Source: a virus (Duplodnaviria; Heunggongvirae; Uroviricota; Caudoviricetes). From it: a DNA stretch of 64,000 bases. The position numbers and the translations under genes were made by a program. Shown here one piece after another: positions 47,744-56,656 of the stretch. The notes beneath the pieces were generated by a model, which worked only from the letters and a program-made list of their open reading frames with translations, did not search any database and was not told the origin of the DNA. Where the stretch lies: positions 21,525 through 85,524 of IMG/VR virus record IMGVR_UViG_3300042561_002062; one strand, written 5' to 3'. Positions within the stretch are counted from its first letter, which is position 1. Every line of letters starts with the position of its first letter.

Positions 47744-48547
47744 TTACCAAATTTCACCATTTACAAATTGTTGTAACCAAGGAGTTCTGTTTGTATCAAT
47801 GTTCCGCTCTTCAATAAATTGTTGAATTGTTTGCCTACCGGTTGATTGTGGAAGTGCACATCCTCCTTCTAATAAAAATCCTGATTCATCAAGACCCGTA
47901 TAAAAAATTTTCTCGGGAATCTCATTTGAAATTATTCTAGCAAATCTTTGTTCTAGAATACCTGATGGATCATCATCACACCATTCACGCCAACCTTGTC
48001 TTGAGATTATTTGTGACATTTCATCTGGCCTACATCCAAAAATACGAGTAGATCTTTCGTATCCACCTATATTTGCTCTATGCCAAGTGACTACACTATG
48101 TCTTTCTAACATATTAGGTAGTTGGCTTAATATATCTTGCTTAAGAATAGATGTTCCAGTCAATTTTAAACAAAAGTTCTGATTGTTGGTTTGTTGTCTA
48201 TTACCCATAAGAGAAGCTTGCATCAAACCCAAACCAATTAATGTGGATTCACCTCTTTGTTTAATAAGTCTAGGTGTAGTATGTATAACTTTGAATTCTT
48301 CTATTTCTGGAAAATATTGACTAGCAGAGTAGAGCAATTCTACATCAGCGCAATAATTATGTGGTTTTACTACATTATAGGGATCATCCCAATCGTGTAT
48401 TCTACACATTTCCTCAGCTGATTGTGCTGGTGTTGAATTATCGGCAATTACAACACTAAATTTTTCTTGAATAATTTGCGCATTTATAGAAAGAGAAAGT
48501 AGAACTTGTTTTATTCTATTACATGAGGTTAATAATAGTATATTCAT
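47744..48547 (-). CDS. Hypothetical glycosyltransferase-like protein
   Basis: In glycan operon; IADNS, CLKLTG, LEQRFA. Confidence 0.45.
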   Translation of the reverse strand: MNILLLTSCNRIKQVLLSLSINAQIIQEKFSVVIADNSTPAQSAEEMCRIHDWDDPYNVVKPHNYCADVELLYSASQYFPEIEEFKVIHTTPRLIKQRGESTLIGLGLMQASLMGNRQQTNNQNFCLKLTGTSILKQDILSQLPNMLERHSVVTWHRANIGGYERSTRIFGCRPDEMSQIISRQGWREWCDDDPSGILEQRFARIISNEIPEKIFYTGLDESGFLLEGGCALPQSTGRQTIQQFIEERNIDTNRTPWLQQFVNGEIW

Positions 48548-49260
48548 TTGATTAAGCCTTGTTCGAATTTAATTTTATTTTCATGTGACCAAGCATATAG
48601 GGCATGATGAGTTGCTATTTTAGGATTAAACGTATTATAATCCCCATATTCGATATTATGTTCATCTAATTTTTTCTGCATGGTGTGATGATATTCCCAG
48701 ACGTCATCGGTAAAATGAAAGGGTAATCCTAGGTATTTTTTTATTAATTCACCAGTCCAATGTGGTGAGTAGGGAGGATTGAGATAGTTCAAATCAACAT
48801 AAATATTCTCTACTACAAATTGGACCATAGGATGATTTTTTTTGAAACCAAATACGTTGTTTGTTACTGTATGATCTATACCCGTCCATCCCACACCTAT
48901 TTTGTGGTTTAACCATTGTTCGCCACCACCAAAATGTCCGAAAACAATACCATCTCTTTCAGGTAAAACGCAGGTATCCAAACTTTGAATGGCTTCCCAA
49001 TCTATATCTAAATACCAACCACCATATTCCAACACAACCAACCATCTAATCATGTCCGCACAATAAACATAATCTTTTTTATTATACATGGTTTCATACA
49101 TGACCTTCAAATGATCCGGTATTTTTGGTAAATTATCGTCTGACCAAAAATAATATTCCCAATCCGGATGTGCACTTCTGAAATCCTGAGATAATTTTTT
49201 TTCTTTTTGAGGTATATCATAATGACCAACCCAGATTTGATGTATAATTTTTTCTATCAT
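48544..49260 (-). CDS. GT32 (Och1-like, DxD sugar-binding) glycosyltransferase
   Basis: IEKIIHQIW, ADMIRW, GGWYLDID. Confidence 0.88.
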   Translation of the reverse strand: MIEKIIHQIWVGHYDIPQKEKKLSQDFRSAHPDWEYYFWSDDNLPKIPDHLKVMYETMYNKKDYVYCADMIRWLVVLEYGGWYLDIDWEAIQSLDTCVLPERDGIVFGHFGGGEQWLNHKIGVGWTGIDHTVTNNVFGFKKNHPMVQFVVENIYVDLNYLNPPYSPHWTGELIKKYLGLPFHFTDDVWEYHHTMQKKLDEHNIEYGDYNTFNPKIATHHALYAWSHENKIKFEQGLIK

Positions 49261-49265
49261 AAAAC

Positions 49266-50063
49266 TTATATTTTTTCAATGAACCAAGTAGGACAGCATC
49301 CAGAATCACAAACATTTACCTTCATATTCTTTTCCCTGAAAAAATTGGTGACCGCTGATTTTACACCGAAAGCCACATCTCTATCAACAAAATCATGACC
49401 AGCCATCATACCACCTGGTTTGAGTTTTGGCCACCAATTTTCTAGTTCTTGAAGAACAAACTCATACGTGTGGTTCGAATCAAGATATATGAAATCAAAC
49501 AACTCATCCTTAAAAAAAGTATGAGATACTTGAGAAAGTCCTCTCATCAGGGTAAACCTACCCTCGTGCTCACTCTGTAGAGCTGAAAGAGTTTCATTTA
49601 AATATATTAAGTGCTGATGGTCTTGTACATTACCCCCTTCTGGATATCCTGTTTCAAAGTGTCTCCAGGCATCTAATACAACAAGATGTAAATTCGAATT
49701 ATCTAAAATAAATTTGGAAAATCTACCTTGCTGTACACCTATTTCTATACCCAAACCATTGAGATTCAGTCTTTTTATAAACTCTTCACGAGAGATATAC
49801 ATCAAATCTATCTTGGTGTTTAAATCTTCTAAATCATGAGGCAGTTCACAAATTAATCCTTCAGGTAGTTCCAAAAGATGGATTTGATTTTCGTAGTTTA
49901 TCTCTAGTTTCAATTTCTTTATACCACCCGGACTCGGATCCGTGAATAAGTCGTTACTAACAGTGATATTAAGCGTATCAGAACTCGTTAGTAGATTCTC
50001 CAAAATAGATTTAACATCTAGAGTATCATAAAAAGCAGAAATGATACTAAGTTTATTTGTCAT
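49266..50063 (-). CDS. Class I SAM methyltransferase (Methyltransf_24-like) with N-terminal lectin-like module
   Basis: GIEIGVQQG, IYLDSNHTYE, LKPGGMMAGHD; N-terminal FTDPSPGGIKKLKL. Confidence 0.85.
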   Translation of the reverse strand: MTNKLSIISAFYDTLDVKSILENLLTSSDTLNITVSNDLFTDPSPGGIKKLKLEINYENQIHLLELPEGLICELPHDLEDLNTKIDLMYISREEFIKRLNLNGLGIEIGVQQGRFSKFILDNSNLHLVVLDAWRHFETGYPEGGNVQDHQHLIYLNETLSALQSEHEGRFTLMRGLSQVSHTFFKDELFDFIYLDSNHTYEFVLQELENWWPKLKPGGMMAGHDFVDRDVAFGVKSAVTNFFREKNMKVNVCDSGCCPTWFIEKI

Positions 50064-50104
50064 GAGGCTGATTTTTTTTTATTTTCATAGATTTATGCTG
50101 TTCA

Positions 50105-50794
50105 TCATTTGAACTTTATAAGTTGAGAGCCTCTGAATGTGGGTATATATGCGTTCCATTCGATATGTTCTGCGTAATTAGATAGAAAAAAATCAGTTGA
50201 TCTTCTTACTTCTGAGTGGTAATCATAATCATCTAAGATTACATATCCACAACGACCTATACATAATTTCAAATCATGTATTTTACATTCGTAGTCGTGA
50301 CACCCATCTATAGAAACTAAATCAAAAAAATCAGGAAGTTCTGTTTCTAGTTGAGAATCGAGATGTTGGATTTCCCACTTTGCCGAACCGGTATAGTATC
50401 TTGAAATATTATCGTTCGCTATTTGATTATTACCATAGGTTTCTAAATCCCAACCTAGCGCATATTCTAGATTAGAACTGGTTTGTATGGTAGGTAAAAA
50501 GCTAAATCCAAAACGAACACCTATTTCTAGGAACTTTTTAGGATTAATAACTTTCCCTAAAGCCCAATACCATTCGAAACAATTTCTTGACCACACATAG
50601 TCATAGCTATCATAACGAGTGAAAAATTCACTCGGTATCACATCGTGTATAGAGTGTGGTTTGTTTTGATATATTTGATAGAGAATCTCATCTTTTTGTG
50701 AATCGGCAGATTGTAAAAGATGTTTATCTGAGTATTCTCTTAAGATATCATCTAAATTTTCAGTTATGTCCATATTTTTTAATATTTTATACAT
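50105..50794 (-). CDS. Class I SAM methyltransferase (Methyltransf_24-like)
   Basis: FLEIGVRFG, SIDGCHDY, ILDDY. Confidence 0.82.
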   Translation of the reverse strand: MYKILKNMDITENLDDILREYSDKHLLQSADSQKDEILYQIYQNKPHSIHDVIPSEFFTRYDSYDYVWSRNCFEWYWALGKVINPKKFLEIGVRFGFSFLPTIQTSSNLEYALGWDLETYGNNQIANDNISRYYTGSAKWEIQHLDSQLETELPDFFDLVSIDGCHDYECKIHDLKLCIGRCGYVILDDYDYHSEVRRSTDFFLSNYAEHIEWNAYIPTFRGSQLIKFK

Positions 50795-50853
50795 TTATCG
50801 ATTAAAGTTTTTTAAATATGAGGGATTTGAGCACTTTTTATAGACTTTTCTTC

Positions 50854-50862
50854 TATCTTTGC
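50854..50862 (+). promoter_or_regulatory. Bacteroidota -7 element TATCTTTGC
   Basis: Upstream of lipoprotein gene 50887. Confidence 0.55.
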
Positions 50863-50886
50863 ATAAAATAAATAAAAAAAATCTAT

Positions 50887-52266
50887 ATGAAACAAAAAAC
50901 TCTAATCATCATTTCACTGATTGTCTCGTTTGTATGTGTTTTTTCTTGTCAAAGAAATAATACGATTACACCGGTAGATTTCCCACAAAATCTAGGAATA
51001 GAAGGATTCAACTTTCCTGAAGATTCGATGAATATCTACGGATGGCTTGAAAATCGTGATACTATTGCGATCACCGAACACGCTTGGGGTATTTGGGCGG
51101 GTCTAACACAACCTACCAATCAAACCTATCAAGGTCAAAAACTTTTAGTCTTTGAAACTTGGCACGGGGTTCAAGAACTAGCTGCTATGTCAGCACAAGG
51201 GCAGGTTGCTGATGAAACATCGGTGAAAACCTCAAGAACAGATCTTCAAGTTCCAAGACAATTCACACACGCCGCTCTTCTTACGTCTGCCTCTGGAGTA
51301 GATACAAACTTTCAAGTTTTAGAAACTGTTTGCTACGATCCATCAGCTAGTAAGTTTGTAACCCAAAATAAACTTTTCAATCAATCTACTCTTCAGAGTT
51401 TCACGGTCGAAAATGGTTTTGGTAGTATTCCGGATTTTCCTAATTCAGCTATTACCCTAAAACCTACCTACTACGCCGGGGTTCCAGGAAAAGGTGGTCT
51501 TATTCGTGTTCCTGTTTGGCAAGAACCATCACCAGCTAAAGCTTACAGATACAACCAATGGCAGTCTTGGGTTTATGTAGATCCCTCAAACTCACAAAAA
51601 TCAAGAAACATAGTTCCTGTAACTAGTGATACCGCAACACCCGAGCAAATCACACAAGCTACTTGCAATCTCTCTGATTTTATTCATCACAAAATAGACA
51701 GAGAGGCTGCAGATTATCTTAACTCACACCAAGATGTTGGAACCACACCATCTAGACAATTTGTTGAAGGTGATTATATTCTCTTGGTGGCGATGCACGT
51801 AACAACGAAAGAGTTTAAGAATTGGACTTGGCAAACTTATTTCTGGGCACCAGATCCATCAAATCCCCCAAAACCTAGTTCTAAATTTGAAGCTAGTTTG
51901 AAACCATCCTCGCTTCGTGGAGCAGCCGCTCACTACGCAGTATCCACCGCCTATGCTATGGTCTGGCCTAATCAACCAGTTACAGGTGGTTCAGATAAGG
52001 GTTGTGTGCCAATCATTTCGTATAACCCATATCTCGAAGGTGGATTTGGGCCAAAAGTATTTAAACAAGCTAATAAATTTCGTCCGGATTTTGTTTATGG
52101 TATGCAAACCAACTGTATGTCCTGCCACGCACTGTCTACTCTAAGTGGTAAAAACGGATATACTACTAATCAGTATATTGATATGATGGATAGCAGTCTA
52201 TTTTTATCGGATGTAAAACTAGATTTTGCCTGGTCTATTCAAGGTAATATCAACACAGATAAGTAA
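50887..52266 (+). CDS. Secreted lipoprotein with a single c-type heme motif
   Basis: Signal/lipobox CVFSC; MHVTTKEFKNWTWQT; NCMSCHA (CxxCH). Confidence 0.7.
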   Translation: MKQKTLIIISLIVSFVCVFSCQRNNTITPVDFPQNLGIEGFNFPEDSMNIYGWLENRDTIAITEHAWGIWAGLTQPTNQTYQGQKLLVFETWHGVQELAAMSAQGQVADETSVKTSRTDLQVPRQFTHAALLTSASGVDTNFQVLETVCYDPSASKFVTQNKLFNQSTLQSFTVENGFGSIPDFPNSAITLKPTYYAGVPGKGGLIRVPVWQEPSPAKAYRYNQWQSWVYVDPSNSQKSRNIVPVTSDTATPEQITQATCNLSDFIHHKIDREAADYLNSHQDVGTTPSRQFVEGDYILLVAMHVTTKEFKNWTWQTYFWAPDPSNPPKPSSKFEASLKPSSLRGAAAHYAVSTAYAMVWPNQPVTGGSDKGCVPIISYNPYLEGGFGPKVFKQANKFRPDFVYGMQTNCMSCHALSTLSGKNGYTTNQYIDMMDSSLFLSDVKLDFAWSIQGNINTDK

Positions 52267-52282
52267 AAAAAATTACAGGCAT

Positions 52283-52317
52283 AAAAAAAACCACAACTTT
52301 TGGTTGTGGTTTTTTTT
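52283..52317. terminator. Bidirectional intrinsic terminator
   Basis: A8-CCACAAC-loop-GTTGTGG-T8 between convergent genes. Confidence 0.9.
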
Positions 52318-52334
52318 ATGCTCTGAGTTTGAGA

Positions 52335-52964
52335 TTAGATAGTCACGAAAAGTTCTTCTTGTGGAAATCTAAACTTAGGGACCGATACAAGATAATCTTC
52401 TTCGGGTTTTCTATATCCTAGAGCCAAAATACAACTAGAAGTTAGATTTCTTGAAGATAGATCAAGTGCTTGGTCAACCATTTGTGGGTTGAATCCTTCC
52501 ATTGGTGTAGAATCAACACCCATTTGAGATGAAGCTACTAAACCGAATCCAAGAGCGATATAGCACTGACGATGAGCCCAATTAACACGAGCCTCTTTTG
52601 ACATACCATTAATAGCACCTGATACAGCCTGGCGATAGCCCGAGAGACTTTCAAGTTCTACCTCACGAAAAGAAGATAATGATCTAATGAAGTGATCAAC
52701 TGTATTATCATCGATATTCGTTTTAGCACAAAATACAAGAAGAGACGAGCAATCGGTAATCTGTGATTGACCATAACAACCTGGTAATAACTTTGACTTT
52801 GTTTCACTATCTTGAATATGAAGAATCTGGTAAGGTGTAAGACCATACGAACTTGGCGCAAGTCTTACGGCCTCTAAAATTTTATCAGTTGTTTCCCTGT
52901 CAATCTTTTGACCATTCATTTTTTTGGTGGCATATCTCCACCGTAGGCTTTCTAAAAGTTCCAT
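52335..52964 (-). CDS. Nitroreductase (NfsB-like)
   Basis: WRYATKKM, RLAPSSYGLTP, DSTPMEGF, LALGYR. Confidence 0.9.
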   Translation of the reverse strand: MELLESLRWRYATKKMNGQKIDRETTDKILEAVRLAPSSYGLTPYQILHIQDSETKSKLLPGCYGQSQITDCSSLLVFCAKTNIDDNTVDHFIRSLSSFREVELESLSGYRQAVSGAINGMSKEARVNWAHRQCYIALGFGLVASSQMGVDSTPMEGFNPQMVDQALDLSSRNLTSSCILALGYRKPEEDYLVSVPKFRFPQEELFVTI

Positions 52965-52984
52965 AATTTATATTTTTTTATTTT

Positions 52985-53161
52985 TTAGTTTTGAGGATTA
53001 CACTTGCAGTTTGGACCACAAGGTTGTTTTTTCATCGGAGCTTGTTCGATGATTTCTTCTCTTGATTTCTTAGAAGGAAATAGGGATAGAAACAGGAGAG
53101 ATACTCCGATTTTCAATTCTATCCAAAGGTTTTTGATTATATTTAGTAGTTTCATCAACAT
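52985..53161 (-). CDS. Unannotated 58-aa membrane peptide with CGPNCKC tail
   Basis: MLMKLLNIIKNLWIELKIGVSLLFLSLFPSKKSREEIIEQAPMKKQPCGPNCKCNPQN; sits directly upstream of nitroreductase. Confidence 0.55.
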   Translation of the reverse strand: MLMKLLNIIKNLWIELKIGVSLLFLSLFPSKKSREEIIEQAPMKKQPCGPNCKCNPQN

Positions 53162-53193
53162 TATATACTATTTTCTCTATAAGGTTGAAAAAT

Positions 53194-53574
53194 ATGTGGG
53201 ACAAAGCGTTCGATCTTATTAAATGGTCTGTTGATCTTTTTCAAAGAGATCAAGTAGAAAAAACTCAAAAGTTAGATCATCTATCCAAAATAATCTTAGA
53301 AATATCCGAGGTTATATTCGACACATCTGAAAAACTCAAAAGAGATGAATATCCACATCAAAATTGTGGAGTTCTTACCATGCACTCACAAAATCTTTGT
53401 AAACTTTTGGAAGGTTCTGTCGATGAAAAAATTTTGGTTCAACTTAAAGAAGTTTTAGACCACGCCTCTCAAATAGAATTAATGTTTAGTAAAAGGGGTG
53501 AACCCGGTCTGATACATTCACTAGAAGAGATATCGGGAAAACTTAAAGCTTTATCTACTCTTATTAAATTGTAA
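53194..53574 (+). CDS. Hypothetical helical protein
   Basis: ORF, likely start ATG 53194. Confidence 0.55.
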   Translation: MWDKAFDLIKWSVDLFQRDQVEKTQKLDHLSKIILEISEVIFDTSEKLKRDEYPHQNCGVLTMHSQNLCKLLEGSVDEKILVQLKEVLDHASQIELMFSKRGEPGLIHSLEEISGKLKALSTLIKL

Positions 53575-53615
53575 AGTTTTTTTTAGGAGGTAGTTGATCT
53601 TATTAGAAACTTCCG

Positions 53616-53624
53616 TATATTTGC
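53616..53624 (+). promoter_or_regulatory. Bacteroidota promoter (TATATTTGC with TTG 19 nt upstream)
   Basis: Upstream of AAA ATPase. Confidence 0.6.
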
Positions 53625-53675
53625 ATAGATCTAGAAAAAATAAACTTTTTTTACAAATACTATACAACATCGACT

Positions 53676-54662
53676 ATGGATAATAATTATACTCTTCAAG
53701 AAGCCGAAACCATATTGGATTTTGGTTTTAGTGAACCAGTTTACTCACCACTTAACCCTAGAGTTTCTTGGGATAACACAGAGACCAAATCAAATTCTTT
53801 TTCTCAATGGGCTGTTACGACTGGTAACAAATTTTCTCCTACGACACCTACCACTGAATCACTTCCACCTGGTTTCTATGAACTAGGATACGATCCTTCA
53901 ATTGGTATTTATCTTGAGAAAAAAGTAGTCAACACTGATGAACTTTTTCAGCTACCAAGTGCCGAGCTAAGTGATATTATTGAAGATATCGAAAAGTTTT
54001 GGCAAAGATCAGAAGTATATAAAAGTTATGGTTTTCTTCACAAACGAGGCATTCTTCTTTACGGAGATCCCGGCGCAGGTAAAAGTGGAATCATTCAACT
54101 TTGCACTCGTTATCTGATTGAAAAAATGGGGGGTATCGTTATTAATATCTCAAAAGAAGAGCAAGTAGAAATGTATGATAAGATGCTAAGTTCATTTCGT
54201 GTTATTGAAAGAAATCGACCTCTTATTGTTATTTTCGAAGATATCGACGCGATTGCCGGTGAAGGTGGTTACTCGACCTCGATGATACTGAATATTTTAG
54301 ATGGTGTAAAACAAATAGATAATGTTGTTTATATCGCCACGACTAACTATCCAGAGAAATTAGAAGATCGTATCACCAATCGCCCATCACGATTTGATAG
54401 AAGGTATGAAATTTCAATGCCAGACGACGACGTGAGACGTAGCTATATAGTGAATAAGCTTACTGAAGAAGATCTCAAAGGAATTGATCTTGATAAATGG
54501 GTTAGAGAGACCAAAGGTCTCAGCCTAGCTCATATGAGAGAGCTTGTAGTTTCTGTAATCGCTATGGGAAATAGCTTTGAAGATACTCTAAATCGTCTCA
54601 ACGGTCTTAAGGTAAAGCCAAAGATTAAATCAAGATCAAAGAAAATCGGATTTTCCTCTTAA
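53676..54662 (+). CDS. AAA+ ATPase
   Basis: GILLYGDPGAGKS, VIFEDID, ILDG, ATTNYPE, RPSRFDR, KIGF tail. Confidence 0.92.
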   Translation: MDNNYTLQEAETILDFGFSEPVYSPLNPRVSWDNTETKSNSFSQWAVTTGNKFSPTTPTTESLPPGFYELGYDPSIGIYLEKKVVNTDELFQLPSAELSDIIEDIEKFWQRSEVYKSYGFLHKRGILLYGDPGAGKSGIIQLCTRYLIEKMGGIVINISKEEQVEMYDKMLSSFRVIERNRPLIVIFEDIDAIAGEGGYSTSMILNILDGVKQIDNVVYIATTNYPEKLEDRITNRPSRFDRRYEISMPDDDVRRSYIVNKLTEEDLKGIDLDKWVRETKGLSLAHMRELVVSVIAMGNSFEDTLNRLNGLKVKPKIKSRSKKIGFSS

Positions 54663-54669
54663 AAAAAAA

Positions 54670-54858
54670 ATGAATAACTCTATGAAAAACTCTCTTAAAT
54701 CTACCTTTATCTTCGCTCTTTGTTTTTACTTTTGTTTAAGCTTCGTTCGTATGCAGTTCAATCCAATGGACTGGGGAAATCCAGCTAGACTTGTTTTCGT
54801 AATATCTTGCCTACTTTTTTGGTCTTCTAGAAAAGATACCAAAATCTCAGAATCTTGA
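54670..54858 (+). CDS. Small two-TM membrane protein
   Basis: Two hydrophobic segments; NPMDW loop. Confidence 0.5.
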   Translation: MNNSMKNSLKSTFIFALCFYFCLSFVRMQFNPMDWGNPARLVFVISCLLFWSSRKDTKISES

Positions 54859-54893
54859 AATAATATATATTTGGACAAAATAAACCAAATAAC

Positions 54894-55184
54894 ATGAAAA
54901 AGATTAAAAGATTAGACTTTTCTAAACCTCTAAACGAAAGCGAGGACTATAGCTTGGATGTTACAAGAGAAAGGATTAAGACCATACTTACAAGAATGAT
55001 AGAGGATATCGGCCAAGTAGGTGAAAGTGCAGATATATTGAATAAATACACCGAAGAGCTTAGTGAGTGTTTTAATCTTTGCTCGAACAATAAGTGGAAA
55101 TCTCTTGAAAGAGACCTTACACGAATGTTCGATTCAGATGTAAGAGTTGGCCTAGCTCTTTTGGATACGATCAGGAAGCATTGA
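54894..55184 (+). CDS. Hypothetical protein with leader
   Basis: Starts MKKIKRLDFSKPLNES; TAATATATA upstream. Confidence 0.6.
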   Translation: MKKIKRLDFSKPLNESEDYSLDVTRERIKTILTRMIEDIGQVGESADILNKYTEELSECFNLCSNNKWKSLERDLTRMFDSDVRVGLALLDTIRKH

Positions 55185-55192
55185 AATTACAC

Positions 55193-55507
55193 TTAAGCTG
55201 AAGGTGTAGGAGTTCTGGTTGGTGTAGGTGTTATAGTTGGTGTAATTGACGATGTAATCGTTATAGTAGGTGTAACTGAAGGTGTTGGTGTAGTAGTAGC
55301 AGTTATTGAAGGTGTGGGTGTAGGTGTTGGTAAGCTTCCACCAGCGGCTGCTCCTGCAACTGGATTATTTCCAGGTGATACAGCTTCGAATAAGATATTA
55401 TTATGTTGTACCCATGCCCTTCTTCTAGCCTCATCTTCTGTTATAGATGAATTTTGTCTTTTAATTTGATCAATTAATCTTTCATAATTTTGTTTGTAAG
55501 GGTTCAT
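55193..55507 (-). CDS. Small protein with mucin-like Thr/Pro repeat C-terminus
   Basis: Likely start ATG 55507; LPTPTPTPSITATTTPTPSVTPTITITSSITPTITPTPTRTPTPSA. Confidence 0.7.
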   Translation of the reverse strand: MNPYKQNYERLIDQIKRQNSSITEDEARRRAWVQHNNILFEAVSPGNNPVAGAAAGGSLPTPTPTPSITATTTPTPSVTPTITITSSITPTITPTPTRTPTPSA

Positions 55508-55555
55508 AAAATTTGTTTTTTTTTCTATATATAAATATTCATATGCAAAAAAAAT

Positions 55556-55586
55556 AAAAAAGTGCTCCATTTCGGGAGCACTTTTT
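55556..55586 (-). terminator. Intrinsic terminator after AsnRS-like gene
   Basis: AAAAAGTGCTCC/GGAGCACTTTTT stem with T tract on minus strand. Confidence 0.85.
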
Positions 55587-55595
55587 AGAATAAAT

Positions 55596-56444
55596 TTAAA
55601 CTAACTCAGTTTCTAAGCTTTTTTCAACTTTTGTTTCACCCATAAGATAGATGTAAGCTCTTGCTAATCTGGTCATGCCAATACCACCACCGAATCTTTG
55701 GAAGAAATTATGTGATAAAAATTCTTCCAACTCTTTTTCAACTCTTTCTCTTCCAAAAAGCTCAAAAAGTTTTTTGGCGTATCCACCCCCTTCGATAGTA
55801 TAGAACATCTCTCTCATTCTGTCAGGGTCTGAACTTCTTTCAGCAGATCCGATTGTTTCTTGACCATAGAGTATAACATCAACTTTATTGAATAGATCGT
55901 TTTGACCTGGTTGCATATTCCAAAAAGGATTGGTTCTCAATGGAAAATTTTGAAGAGATACACAAGAACTTTTTTCGTGCCACATTTTAGATTCATGTTC
56001 GTTTTCTAAAATTTTGGTATCATATTCACTACAAGCCTCTTCGTATTGAAGTTCATAAGGCTTTCCAAAACCAAGAGATTCTAAAAGTTCTTCTTCTAAT
56101 CGAAGTAGCTCTTTCATACCACCATGAGATTCAAATTCAAACATCGGAAAAATAAGATCGTGCCTACCCGGTATTGGATTTTTCTCTTCTCTGTAGGAAG
56201 TTGAAATGCAAAATACACCAGGCCATTCTGGATTTTGGAGTAGTTCGTATTCTAACCACATTTGACCGGTCTGCGGAAGAGGATAAATTTCACCACCGTA
56301 TTCAAAAGTTTTGATGGAATGTGGATTTTCACACGCGGCTAATATCGAAAGCCTGCTCTGAACAGGAACTTCGATGAATCCTTTTCCTAAAAAGAAACCT
56401 CTCATTTTTTGAACAAGTTCGTGATAAATTTTTGTGTTTTTCAT
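55596..56444 (-). CDS. Class IIb aminoacyl-tRNA synthetase catalytic-domain paralog (AsnRS-like; no anticodon-binding domain)
   Basis: LPQTGQMWLE, STSYREE..GRH (motif 2), FEFE, GQETIGSAER, FGGGIGMTRL (motif 3); only 282 aa. Confidence 0.85.
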   Translation of the reverse strand: MKNTKIYHELVQKMRGFFLGKGFIEVPVQSRLSILAACENPHSIKTFEYGGEIYPLPQTGQMWLEYELLQNPEWPGVFCISTSYREEKNPIPGRHDLIFPMFEFESHGGMKELLRLEEELLESLGFGKPYELQYEEACSEYDTKILENEHESKMWHEKSSCVSLQNFPLRTNPFWNMQPGQNDLFNKVDVILYGQETIGSAERSSDPDRMREMFYTIEGGGYAKKLFELFGRERVEKELEEFLSHNFFQRFGGGIGMTRLARAYIYLMGETKVEKSLETELV

Positions 56445-56456
56445 AAGTTTATTACT

Positions 56457-56540
56457 TTATTTTTTTTTTGGACCGGGCAAAAAAAAATCTTCCCGAAGGA
56501 AGATTTCCAAAAAGACCAGACTGTTATTTATTTTTGGCAT
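56457..56540 (-). other. Candidate 27-aa leader peptide overlapping a terminator
   Basis: MPKINNSLVFLEIFLREDFFLPGPKKK with tandem Asn codons; ATG just after TATATATA. Confidence 0.35.
56479..56506 (-). terminator. Terminator-like hairpin in the 5' leader of the AsnRS-like gene
   Basis: AAATCTTCC-TTCG-GGAAGATTT, cUUCGg tetraloop, followed by a run of nine T including stem base. Confidence 0.75.
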
Positions 56541-56656
56541 TTCGATATATATACAAAATAATGTGTTATGTTTGAATATTTTTGAGAATATTTTTTATAT
56601 CTTAAATAACAAACTACACACTGAAAATTCGTATAATTTATAAAAAAAAAGATTAT

